Part shown: positions 13,093 through 25,485 of the stretch, piece by piece
Layout of the letters: every line of letters starts with the position of its first letter
Numbering within the stretch: the first letter of the stretch is position 1
Assembly (NCBI RefSeq): GCF_008831285.2
Contig: NC_045138.2
Location: 15,066,001 to 15,130,000 of the forward strand
Length of the DNA stretch: 64,000 nt
Direction: 5' to 3'
Source: Nymphaea colorata
Taxonomy: Eukaryota
Notes under the pieces: model-generated
Told to the model about the DNA's origin: nothing
The model's input: the letters and a program-made list of their open reading frames with translations, nothing else
Database searches by the model: none
Translations under genes and position numbers: made by a program

Positions 13093-13355
13093 GAATGTAC
13101 CTCTCTCTCACTAGAACAAACATATAAAAATAACATATTTTATGCACCCACAAATGCGTGCAAGCCAAGTCGTATATTAGTTTTCAAATATAGTTACTGT
13201 GTTTAAAGTGATAGGATGCGACATCTAAGTTGAAAGGTGTACCGTTGCTATCGCTGACACCGACGCAACTCAAAACCTCGGATGCAAGAAAAATGGAGGC
13301 ACCTTCGAGCGATGGAATGTACCTCTCTCTCACTAGAACAAACATATAAAAATAA
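13093..13355. repeat. Perfect 41-bp direct repeats (13093..13133, 13315..13355) around a 181-bp spacer
   Basis: gaatgtacctctctctcactagaacaaacatataaaaataa occurs twice. Confidence 0.9.
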
Positions 13356-16300
13356 AACACAACTCTAAATTATTATAACTAGTCATGTCCAGATGAAACT
13401 AATGCTGATGATTGTAATTGTTGATATGCTCAAATGGAGCGTTGGAAAACACAATTGAGGGCATTGAACCTGCCGCATTCTTCAAAAGAAATTAAGAAAC
13501 AAATAAATGTAAACGGCTGGGAAGTACTCTGCTTGATCTGGACCTGTCACCTAACCCGGCAAGGTCTAGCTACTTGTAGTCCTTGCCATACGCTAAATTC
13601 ACTAGCTCACTGTTCATTCAACACATTGTACGTCACTAAGTTCTTATGAACCACAAGTGCCTATTTTGACCATGTTCTAATAAAGTTTATAGAAAGAGAA
13701 AGAAAGAGAGGAGAAAAAAACCGGTCCGCTTACCATCAAGCCCCAGCCCTTAACCCAAAGCAACATCTCCTCATGCCACTAGAACATAGTGCTCCTTAGA
13801 ATCGAACATGGGACGTGCCTACAACGTGCCAACCTGCTCGGCCAATTATTATACCAGTAGAGTTTTTTTTAAAAAAAAGAGTCTAGAAAGCCCAATTTCT
13901 TACATTTATTTATTTGTTTTTTGACCTTTCCACATTATTCAATGTAAGTACTAAGGAACCCACATTGGTAGACTCGTGCCTTTTTCTTCTTCTTTCCTTT
14001 TCTTTTTGCTAGTTTTGTCCCTCTTGCTTGTCCTGTGAGACGGGTCCGTCCTCGTTCGTGCTGCAACCGAACCTAATGGAATCCTCATTGGTTTGGAGCC
14101 CAGGATCTGAACTATTTGGATTTGAACTGAGATGTGATTTCTGAACCTGAACCAGGCTATGTCTAATTTAAGATCCAACATTTTCTCCTCATATATCACA
14201 TATGAATGATGTCCTGGGCACTAACCCAATGTAAATCCAAAAACTACATGTCGACATGCAAACCCGGATCTAAACATGTGATCTTTCGTTTTTTCCCAAA
14301 GTGACTCCAGTCAAACCCGGATCTAAACATGCAATCAAATAAATTTCTTCCCCATAAATATTAACGGGTATTCATTCACGATGATGATTGGGAGGCATCG
14401 ACATAGAAAAAGGCTATCTAATATCAAACTGAAGCAGGAAATGTGATTTGATATAGGCACTCATGCAGTGAATAAGATCTTTTAGATCCTCCTAAACATG
14501 CAATCAGCTAAAACTAGGGTAAAATAGGAACGCATGCAGACAAATAAAAATCGAAAGCAAATAACAAGAAAAGAAAACGAACTGAAAAAAAGTTTAACTC
14601 AAGATTTCCCATAACTCAAAACTCTCTTGCAAATGATCCTTCGGCCCCTCTACATGGAGAAACAAATAGATTTATCTATTTGGATCTAATTACATAGACC
14701 TGGATATGTCCAGCTCCTATCACATGGATATGGATCTTAATATTTGGATCTTTACATTATGGATACAAAATGGCGTCCAAACAAACAAAACAACAAATCA
14801 AAAGTTTGGTAGCCTAAATCGACTGATAAATCCCTTGAAATCCACAATGAGTCCACTGGGGAAAAGGGCAATTAATTAAATGAAGTTGTTCATAAATCAG
14901 TCATTTAATCAAATCCCCACTTGCTTGATTTTAACAAATCTTCAGGTATAAGCACATAACCTAGAATTATATATTATTCTTCAAATTTAGTAACGTGGCT
15001 TTATCTCATGTCGCCTTCTAAAGAACCTAGCCCCGTTGTGTTCCAATAATTCTAGCACACTCCACCATGGTCCACTGCTACGACCAATAAAATAAACTGA
15101 GAAAAAGAGAAAGCAGATAAACGCTTAACCCAAAAAAGGTTGGGGCTTATTTTAAAATAAGTTCTTGGCCTTTTGTAGCTTAATGAAACAAAAAGGAACC
15201 ATACATTAAATGACATTGAAGATGATGACAATGGCGATGCCCATAATTTGACAATGTTGAAGCTGTGTTGAAACCATTCAAATTAAAGTCAAATAAATTT
15301 GGAGGAGGACAGTTTGACAGAGTCAGTACCTAACTATGAAGAGTTAAATGAGTCTAAGCTGCTGAGGAATATGTTAAGCAAGGTTATGCATCATATATTC
15401 ATATTTCGAACTTTATCATTTAAATATACATATTATAGTTTTGAACGCATGTTATATATATATATATATATAAAAGGGGGCAAGATGGAGGGAAGCCCGG
15501 ATTGAGGTCCCCAAACAACAGTATAGTTGGTGTCCAGCGAGGGTCTTACAGGTCAGTGGGCGCCATCCGTACAGCCACCACCCTCTCCCTTTCTCCCTCC
15601 TTTTTTCAACCCCTCTTTCCATTCTTGCTCACTCTCTCTTTCTTTGCTTTTCGCTCTGTTCACGAAAGCACCACCATTATTGTTCAGGTACGCAAGGGCT
15701 GGGGAAGTGCATCTATCCTGGTTTTGGGTAGTTTTCTTTGTTAAGCAGAGCAGTTCCCATAATTAATTTTTTCAAATGGGATTTGGGTTTTCAAATTTTC
15801 TTCTTCCCAGGGGAGCTTCGATCCCTGAAGCATGTGTTTCTTGAGAAATTTTGAACGGCCTTGCTTTTTTTTTGGGATGATTTCCAAAATGTTCCACTGT
15901 TTCATCAAGGGTTTAAGTTGTAGTGTTGGAGGTCTTCTCTTGAGTTCTTTTCTTGGTCTCAGAGGAGATGGGGAGAAAAAAGGAAAAATGGGAAAAAACA
16001 CTGATAGTTTGACTTCTCGACTTACGTTTTTGGCACCGCATTTTGAGATCCCCCTCTCTCCTTCTCAACTCTAAGGAAACCTTTTATGGTTTAAAGAATT
16101 CCTATTTAACGTTTATTTGGGAAGAACTTCTTCATTTGTTTTTTTTCGAAATGAAGAAATCCTGAAGTTCATCAGACATTTTTCCTCTGCTCCTGTTTCT
16201 CTTGTACCTTTTGAGTCGAAGTGCTTGGTTTTCCTCAAATGTGATGCTAGGTGAACCTCTGTTTGCCGCTTTTCATGGTTCGGTAGTCTATGTGAAATCT

Positions 16301-16747
16301 TCTTGTGAGTTCCTGCAATATTGGGTGCCGATGTTAAAGTGTTTCCTTGGCAGTAGAGTCTTAGCAGTGGATTCATAAGATTTCTTTGGTTTGTGATGTG
16401 GGTTTTGTATGATTTATTTGTTATGTATATTTTTACTTTGTTTGTGAGTTTGTGTTAGTAACTTGTTCTACTACGTGTGAGAAATGCTTCTTTATCTGTA
16501 TAAAGGGAAAATGGGGTTTCTTTAGTTCTTGTTTTTTTGGATGATTTGAAGTAATTTCATTCTAGAAAATAGAAATAGCGATTGAACTTCGTAAGTCAAA
16601 TATGTGGAGATTTTGGTAGTGGCTAACGGTATAACATACCTTGTCTCAAGTTATAAACTGTCTAAAATACTTTTTTATCCGTCTTATCGCAGGTGAAGAT
16701 ACTAACCGGCGATAAATTTTATGTGCGGCTTGTAAATTATTTTTACC

Positions 16748-19700
16748 ATGTGGAAATATGCCCACCTGCCTCCTAGGTGCCCGTTGCAGAGTAGAGGCCT
16801 CGCTTTCCCAAGTTTGGATTCAGGCTCGTTGCTGAGTGAGAGAAGCCAGGACTCATGCCAAGGACACAAACGTTCTCCATCTTTGAGTGCAGTCATAGAA
16901 GAGCAGCCATCATGGTTTGATGAATTACTTGGTGAATCTGAAACGGGTCTCAGTGGGAGTCTTCATCGACGCTCTTCTAGTGATTCTGCTACATTTTCAG
17001 AACCTCCTCAAGCCCTTTCAAGATCAAAATCATTGGAGAGCGACAAGCTTATTCACAAACAGTTGGATGAGTTAGCAAAAGAATGTCCCAGCTATAACAG
17101 GTTGGATAGAAAGGAGGATGCCCCATCGTCCTATGCTCACATACTGATGATGAAACAGCAGAAAGCAAATGAGACCTCTTTTGCTATTTCATCTGGTTGC
17201 GTATATGGCCCTAATTCTCCTAGATTGAAGCCTGATATTGAAAGTCCCATTGCATCTGAAGAATACAGCGGTGAGATACCACTCTCATTATTGGCTGAGA
17301 ACATCTATCCTTTTGCCTCTGAAATTTCCAATTATAATGCAAAAGAAAGTTCTGGTGGCACTGCCGCTAATCAAGACCCTGAGGTGAAGGCAGCTAAAAG
17401 GTGTGTGTGCAGTTCTTCTCTGAAAAATGAAAATTATAAGCGAAATCATTGTTAATTGTTATTGTATTTGGAAGTACATTAAGAACAAGTTAATGCGGTT
17501 CTAAACCGCTCATATGTACCAAAAAAAAGAAGTACATTAAGAACAAAGAGCTTGCTAACGTAATCTGCTGTATCTCTAAAATTTGGGAATCCTTCTGAAT
17601 GTGCTTGACTGCTTAGTATTATTGTAATTTGGATATTTGTAGTCTATTGTTTTTTCCTTCACATGTGTGCATTGGTGCTTGTTTGCTTGTCTCTTTTAGC
17701 ATAGCATATATGACATCTAATTAGGGTCTTCACACGTATGTGTTTGCAACATCAATTATTTTTAGGAATAAAGGGCGGGGATTCATCTTGGTCCCCTGTA
17801 GGAGACAGTGGATACACACAAACAGAAAAGAAACACATGTATCTGTGTTTGCTATTCATGGTTATGCTTGTGTAGGGATGTCTTGTTGATTTAACAGAGA
17901 AAGAATTAGAAGAAATTAAGTAGCCTGCTGGTTCTTTCCAGGTCTTCTGGCATATCTATTTATGAAGAACTTAGTTGACTGTCGAGTATAAAAGGAAGAA
18001 AAACACCACTAATAGGTGATGACGTGATGTCATCTTGTCCCTGCCACTAGGTATCAACTCCCATCGTCAAGGGTAAAATAGTTGCTGCTTAATAGAGGTG
18101 TCCAATTTTCACTTGCTGGTGCTAAATTCCTGGTTTGATTGCTGAGTTGTCAACTTATTACCAATATCAACTTGCCGAATTTGCTTCTTCCCTTGTGCTT
18201 ATTTCTTTACTTTGCCTGTTGTTAGCCTCACTAGTCACTACCATCTTCTTATTCTGGAGGCTAAATAGTTTGCTATGTGTAAATATCTATGAGGATGTCA
18301 ATGAACGCTCAGGTGAATTAGTAATTGCTAATCCTACGTTCTTATCTCACATGAAGGACTAGAGTTAATTTTTTCCAATGCAATGTAGAAATGCAAGGGC
18401 TAAGCTGAAATGTTCACCCCACCAGGCTCTAGTTTCTTTGTGCTTTTGGTCCATTAGTTGTAATTCCTTCATATGTCCACAAATGTATGCATTAGCCATG
18501 CTCTTTCATACCATGCACTTCTCAGGTCATGTGCCATGTGTACATGAACATACATGGACTCTCTTGACGCAGTGATTATACTCATTAGAGTTCCTCACTC
18601 TAATCCCTGTGGGAAAAGATGCAAAAACATGCAAGAACAAGAGAAAGACACAAAGAACGAATGAAACTCAATAACAATAAATAAATTGGGGTTTCTTCAT
18701 CAAGACAATTAGCAAAAAACAAAAGATTTTTTTTTTTTTTTCGGAGGCCTAAGCCCTAGATCCGAATTGGATCTCAGACCCACTAAACAAAAAGGTCCAA
18801 ATCCCAAAGAACATCAAAATAGTATAAAACTAGATCAATAATGCAATTGGATCTGAATCTGGAAGCCAGTAACCAAAAACTGCACTGCATCATCTGTATA
18901 AACATGGAACTTTAAAAATAGTGGGACAGAAGGATATTTTTTATATCTTAATTTTGTTTATACACCATATATGTGCATTCCTGTTATTCATGCAAGTATG
19001 CATGTATTAATTGTGTCTAAAAATATGAAAGGTTATAAAGTAATATTAAGATATGCATTTCTGATTTTCTATTATTTCTGCTGTGAGTTGGTCTGAGCTC
19101 TGAGGTGTTACACATTTTCTTAGTGCACAAATGGAATCACGAGCAATATGCTATGGTGTATGCTCTTCTCAGAACTTGCATTTCTGTTTCTGTTCTGGCC
19201 TTTTTGTTAGGTTATGTTTCTTCAAGGTCTTTTCTGTCAAGGTTATAGTTAGCATTTCTATTATTGTTGATCAATCGGTTGTTGGTGGCAAGTTATGGTA
19301 TGAACTGTTCCTACCATCATCTGAGCAACAAACTGTCTTTTGTTTATGAAAAGTTGATTGTGCCATCATTTAGAGGTGTGTGGGCCAACCTGCACTGGAC
19401 ACAGGCAAGTCCTGCATCGGTATTTGATACAACAGTGCTTGTACTGGAGATGGGTCTGGTTCTCACAGTTTTAAACAAATCCACCTAAGGAAAACAGTGT
19501 TTCTTCCCTGCCAGGACAATACAAAACTAACTTGGGCCAGACCCAGTAAACAGTAACCTTTTAAGCCTGTCACTGTTGACGTGTGGATCTTAATGTGGCT
19601 TGGTCAGGCCTGTGTTAGTAAATCTCATATACCTTACCTGTCTCAATATGCTACTTGGTTCTTGTAGGTCCCAAACAAATAGGAACCTATCTCTCTTTGT

Positions 19701-21469
19701 TGCTCCCTTTTTTTGGGGGGCTATACTATACCATGGGTCTCGCATTTTGATGATCAGGTCATATGTGACCCATCAAAATCCTTTGTTCTGTCCTAAGGAA
19801 CTTTCTAGTTTGCTTCCAGTAAATGAATTTGATAGGTTGATGTAACTTGAGAATGTGAGCTGGACACATCCTGGGAGTAGTCATTGTACTTTTGTTAAGA
19901 AAAAAAAAATCAGATGGTTGGAAGTTTATGATTTGTGCAGATGGTGCATCTTAAACAAAATATAGTAAGTAATCTGTGGCTCCTATTTGTCTAAACAGAG
20001 GTATGTTCTCTACATTTGGTTAGTTCCAACTTCCAACTCCATTTGAAATAGTGGTCTAAGATGTTATATTTCCTCCAAAATGGAGTTTCCTATTTCAGTT
20101 CCATCCAGTGGAACTTTTTCTGCCAAGCAGACTGTGCTATAAAATCTGTGCCATTCCTCCTCATTATTTTGATTCTTTGCTTAATAGGCACTCTGGTCAA
20201 CGATCTAGAGTTCGTAAACTTCAGTACATTGCTGAGCTTGAAAGAAGAGTAGAGATGCTTCAGGTAACTTTTTGATTGCTCTTTTTCTTTAAACAATCTA
20301 CATTGTTATTTTTGTAAAACTCTGGCAGTTCGGCTAGCTTGTCTGAATCTGGCTTGTCTGCTGGTGCTTCAGATATTGGAATCAAGACTGGCAACAAAGG
20401 TAGATCTCCTTTATCAGCAGCGTGTTATACTGACAGTTGAGAACAATGAGCTGAAGCACAGGATTGCATGCCTTGCCAAGGAGAAAATGATAAAGGATGG
20501 TAAGCCTCGTAAATGTTTAGCGATTTAATCTTCAAAAATTCTCTGGCAACTTTTGTGAAATAATTACAGTTTCAGATCTCTATAGTTTCCGTGATGTGTA
20601 CATATATATCGTTATCATGCTTAAGTCACATGGACCTGGCAAATCTGTCCTCGTATTTGTATCGGCACTCCAATTCTCCAATACTGGTACTCAGACACGT
20701 TGGAACATTTTTTGATTAGTTGGGGTCAGACCCAATCCATGACACATTAAATCAATGCTTGAATTTGTGAGATTTTGTATATATATACACTAGACCTTAT
20801 TCAAAATGCATTAAACTCTTATTTTTTAGCAAAATGTTCAGATTTTTTGTGGAATTTTGTATATATTGTATGTATGTATTGCTGTGTCTATACCCACATT
20901 TTCCAAACCTGCGTTATCTATACCTGCTTCACCAAACCCGTATGCATACTGTATCAGTATCCATGTGATTTAGAAGCTTAACCTGGTTATGAAGCGGTTG
21001 ATAGAACAATTTCTTAACATCGTTTGACGAACTATCAATGGTTATTTTTTAGGAGTTTTTCTGATTATTTTGTCTAAAGTAACCTGATTGCAATCACTCA
21101 TTCCGGATGTAGCTTATGATCCTCCAATTACTATTTTGTAAAACAATAATGTCTGTCCTTCTTGTTTGCTTGAAATGAACGCCTATTGAAATTTGTCTTT
21201 CAGGAATAATATTATTGTTGTTACTATAATTTGCTTTTGATTCATCGAGCATTTTTGCTTTCTCAATAGGCCAATGTCAATCATTAAAGAGTCAGATTGA
21301 ACGGCTGAAATTGGTGCACACAAATCACTCAAAGAACAGAAGGCATTCCTCAAACATGCAGAGGTCACCGAACTCTTCCTCTGAGTTGAGTTGGCAGATG
21401 TTGGACATGAGCAAGCTAAGTCTTGGTGGGGGTCGCCCAATTTCCTTGACAGATAGTTACAGAAGTTGA
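16748..21469 (+). CDS. bZIP transcription factor (bZIP34/61-related, At4g06598-like); exons 16748..17400, 20188..20263, 20373..20499, 21270..21469; 351 aa
   Basis: GT-AG introns with consistent phases (653+76+127+200=1056 nt). Motifs HKRSPS..EEQPSWFDELL and HRRSSSDS; basic region KRHSGQRSRVRKLQYIAELER followed by a leucine zipper (LQILESRLATKVDLLYQQRVILTVENNELKHRI). Probable 5'UTR intron ~15688..16692. Confidence 0.9.
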
Positions 21470-22215
21470 TACGAGAGAATAGGACGGCGTCAAAATCTTC
21501 CAGAGGGGAGGGTGTGCGGGTGCATTCTTGCTAGACTACCATGCTTGCAGAGTCAGCCCTGAAAGCCCCTGTGCGCTGCTTTTGTATATTTCCACTTGGT
21601 GGTGCCAAGGTGAAACAGCATAGGGCTGATGAATTTAGGAAAAAAAAAAAGAGAAGATAGAGAACTGTTTGTAGTGTAAACTTGTTACTCCTTTTCCTCA
21701 AAAGTTAATTTTTAGTCAACTCTTTCTTCTTCAACCTGTTTCTCTCTCTCTCTGTGTGTGTGTGTGTGTGTGAATGCGTCGTATATTAACACCGGATTCT
21801 ATAATATGTATAACCGGATTTGCTCAGGCTGCGTTTGAAGGCGGAAATCGATGAACATTCTTGTGGACTTCTATTACAAGATGGCGTTGTATTACGGGTG
21901 CATGGTTAAATCTGTTTGCATCTCCTTTGCGATAAGGATTCGGAAAGCTTTGTAAGGATGAGCAATGGCATTTTCTGGTCGGATCAGTCTCTATCTGAAA
22001 ATCATGTGTATTAGTTTTTTCTTTTATGACAAATTGACAACAACCAGGTGTAGTTTCCATGTCTGAATATCTACAAAACGATGCAAAATTCATGTAATCT
22101 CTTGTTTCTGCAAACACGATTTCACACAGGCTGTTAAAGACCGATGGGATGAACTCTCTTGTAAAATCTCTTCTACACATCTGGCAAACACGTTCCCTAT
22201 GGTCAGACACGAGAC

Positions 22216-22248
<33 letters not shown>

Positions 22249-22800
22249 TCAGAAAAAGGTTGCAAGGATGTACGTTTTCATAACTGAACTCATCTCTACA
22301 TCAGATCTTGCTGGATCTGAACTGGATTTTAATGTTTCAAATTCGAATTTGGTCTAAACAAAGTGGATCCGTATCGTGTCGCTTAGGTTGTGTTTGAAAC
22401 ACATTCAAGCAAAATTAATGTATACAACTCAGCCAAATCAAGATCATGCTGCTCATCCAACAGGATCAATGGAAGCTACTGTCCAACGTACACCAGGCTT
22501 TTATTTCGATATTCAGGCGAATTAAATGGTGGGAAGAGTAGGAATTTAACGGAGCACCTGCCATTGAAGTCGATCTACCGTATTAAGGGCAGTATCTTCA
22601 TTAATTCCAGAAATGGCAGAGTCTGGTTGATACAGAATGTTTATAAGCTTACACGGTGCTGCACTTGTGATTAATTTTTTAATCCAGTTTAATGAGCAGA
22701 GCCATCCGGTCGCCCTGCATAGAAAGGAAGCATGACAGCAAGGAACCATTAATGCGGTTCTTTTCGGCGCTTCATTAGGGGGAAGAAGAAAAACACATCG

Positions 22801-22890
22801 AAAGAAAGATGGTGGCAGTTTTTTTTCTTTTTCAGGCATAGAAAGAAAGATGGTGGCAGTTTTTTTTCTTTTTCAGGCATAGAAAGAAAG
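22801..22890. repeat. ~41-bp tandem duplication
   Basis: aaagaaagatggtggcagttttttttctttttcaggcatag occurs twice. Confidence 0.85.
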
Positions 22891-22916
22891 GAGAATTCAA
22901 TCAACCACAGGACGCC

Positions 22917-23300
22917 ATGGGAGGGAAGGACGACTCCATCGCTCGGTCATTGATTGATGACGGGACTAACATAGTCTTCCCCAACTTGAATGCATTTGAG
23001 CAGTGGCTTCTTGTGATTCTGGAACACGTGCTGGGGAGTAACCAAAAGGTTGCAGACCTGTTCAACAGGCTCTGAGATCAGAAGGTGGTCAGTGACATCA
23101 ATGGCAGCTACTTTTCTCAACTGTCTCAGCATGTCAAAGACTAACAAAACCGCAGGAGGAACAGATGGAGAGCTATCCTGAGGAACAAGTGCCTTAGTAA
23201 CCATTGAGCGGGTGCGCTTGATAACAACATTGTGTTCCAAAAAATGTTCTTATCAAACACCTTCTTGCTGTTGTCTTTCCCTGTGCTCACATTTTCACAA
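22917..23300 (+). pseudogene. DUF247 (UPF0481)-family C-terminal pseudogene fragment
   Basis: Frame from 22917 reads LIDDGTNIVFPNLNAFEQW..ILEHVLGSNQKVADLFNRL*DQKVVSDINGSYFSQLSQHVKD*QNRRRNRWRAILRNKCLSNH*A, matching DUF247 C-terminal motifs (FRNLIAFEQ; HWLGSDxEVADLFNRL; RWNxWRAxL..YFSNPWA). Three in-frame stops; absent from the ORF track. Confidence 0.8.
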
Positions 23301-24775
23301 AACCCTCCATGGTGTGCATGCTTACTATAGGCCTCGCTAGAACTGGGAGGATTTTGTCATCATTGGGAGTTCATTTAAGCTTGATGGATTAGACCGTATG
23401 TGTAGAAACAATTTAGCTTAGTTTTTATGACTACCCAAGTTGTTTTGACGCAATCCAATTATGTAAATGTGTTCTGCAGCCAGCATAATAAGAGCTAATC
23501 TAACCTTACCCAATAATTTAAATTTTAAACCATCAAGTGCAGGCATTATTATGGTGAACTAAGAAAAAATTAATACCAAAGAATATGTTAGATAAACTTG
23601 TTTATTGATTTGGAGCTATTACATTCATTTTTAATCTGAACTCTACTTGATGCTTACATTTCAGATTTGGTTCGCAATTATTATGACTTGAATATGGTGT
23701 ATTTGCAACCACCATATTCGCCTTTCTTGATGAGATTTAGCAGATGATCATGTCTTCGATGCTCTTTATGATAAGGAAAAATGTGAAATGAAAAAAGCAT
23801 ACTATAATTGAGATGTACTTCAGGTGGCTATATACAAATTACTCAAACTTTTATTAAAAATATTTTGAGCAAAAAATCTAGTAGAAAAAACTCATCATAT
23901 TCGAATTCCTAACCTCGTTGGGTATCTATATAGCAAAAACAAATACCAAAAACGGGAGAATAGACAGAGTTTTGTCCAACCAATAACAATACAAAAGTAT
24001 GCATCTAAAAATAAGAAACCGGCATCTTCTATTATCATAAAATGACAATAGATGTTGGTTGGCAGGCTTACACATACCTATTCAGATAATGCACATCACA
24101 CCGAAATCATTTATATATATGTCGTTTCCTTAGTTTGTTAAATAACTCAAATTTCCTACTAAATAATAGATAGAAGGATCTCATGTTTGAAGAATTAAGC
24201 AGTGGTAGGAAAACAGAATGTTTGGTGCTGCACTAGGTCGGCTATTAACTATTATTATGTCTTATCATTATTTTTTAATACATTGTGCTCTCACACTACC
24301 CGGAACGAGGTAATGTGCTGTTATACTTTGTTGGATATAAAATTAATTGCTGTCGTATCTGTGCTTTTCTGGGTGGTTCTCCCAATATTAGTTTTCATCC
24401 AAATGACGAAAGCTCTTAGATGAAAAGATATGAGCATACCTAATCTAGCTGCACAACAACCATTCGATGACAAAAAAAGCTAAGACAACAAACTACCAAC
24501 TCCCAAAATCTAAATGAAAAAGGAACGATTCTTCCATTTTTATGCGCTTTTGTTGAAGAGAGGTAAAAGCTGGTGTATATTATGAACGCAAAAGAAAAAG
24601 AAAAAGAAAAAGTAAAGGTAAAAAAAGTAATTGACCAAGTAGAATAATTTATAATGTCACTTAAATTTTAGTTAGAGAGAGGGTGATTTAGGTGTCCTGC
24701 CCTTTTACTGTCGCAAAAAAAAAAAAAAAAAACAAGACAAACAACCTACTCTGATAAAAAAAAAGACATTACTTT

Positions 24776-24865
24776 TTTTAATATTTAAAAACTTTTGTTT
24801 TCCAAAACGGAATAATTCATTTTTAATATTTAAAAACTTTTGTTTTTCAAAACGGAAATAATTCA
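24776..24865. repeat. ~44-bp tandem duplication
   Basis: ttttaatatttaaaaacttttgttttccaaaacggaataattca occurs twice with small changes. Confidence 0.8.
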
Positions 24866-25454
24866 ATGACATCACCGTCGGGGCTGTTGCTGAATTGGAT
24901 CCGAAGACAGGATCGCGTGATGTGCTAGGAGTTAATTGCTGCAGGGAGGCAAACAGCAATTACTTTAGCTTTTATGTGCACTTCTGAATTTACTAGTAAC
25001 TCATAATCCTGGACAAACTTTTCCATATGTTTGAAAATGGTTTTTTTTTTTTTAAAAAAAAAAAATCTTAAGGTCAATCCCTTCTGAGATGTGGCCCATT
25101 AGTTGATTTGTTCCATTACCACAAAAGTTGAATCTTGTGCTGATGTACATTAATAGATCTAACTATGTGACACAATAAAGTCGACCACACAAACAACTGT
25201 GTACCACCATATATATAATATAATATGACAAGCTAAACTGTTTCTCTCTTATGCTTGCACGCATATATGTAGGCTTGTGTGGGCAGTTGCTCACACAGTT
25301 TCACAAAAATCTGTATATCCACTTATTGAATCTTAGTCTCGACCAATTTTACTTATTTATATACTGGTGAATTATTTATATACTGGTGCACCTTAATCTT
25401 TTAGTTATCTATACATGATGGCCCTCAATCATTTTACTATGTATAATGTATGTG

Positions 25455-25485
<31 letters not shown>

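Noticed and set aside
18615..18893. Possible solo LTR in bZIP intron 1 (gatgca...tgcatca)
   Set aside because: Ends imperfect and no TSD; probably a repeat but not classifiable here.
21824..22210. 128-aa minus-strand ORF
   Set aside because: Non-ATG start beside a GA microsatellite; only a faint VFNSLCEIV resemblance to DUF247 and no supportable family.
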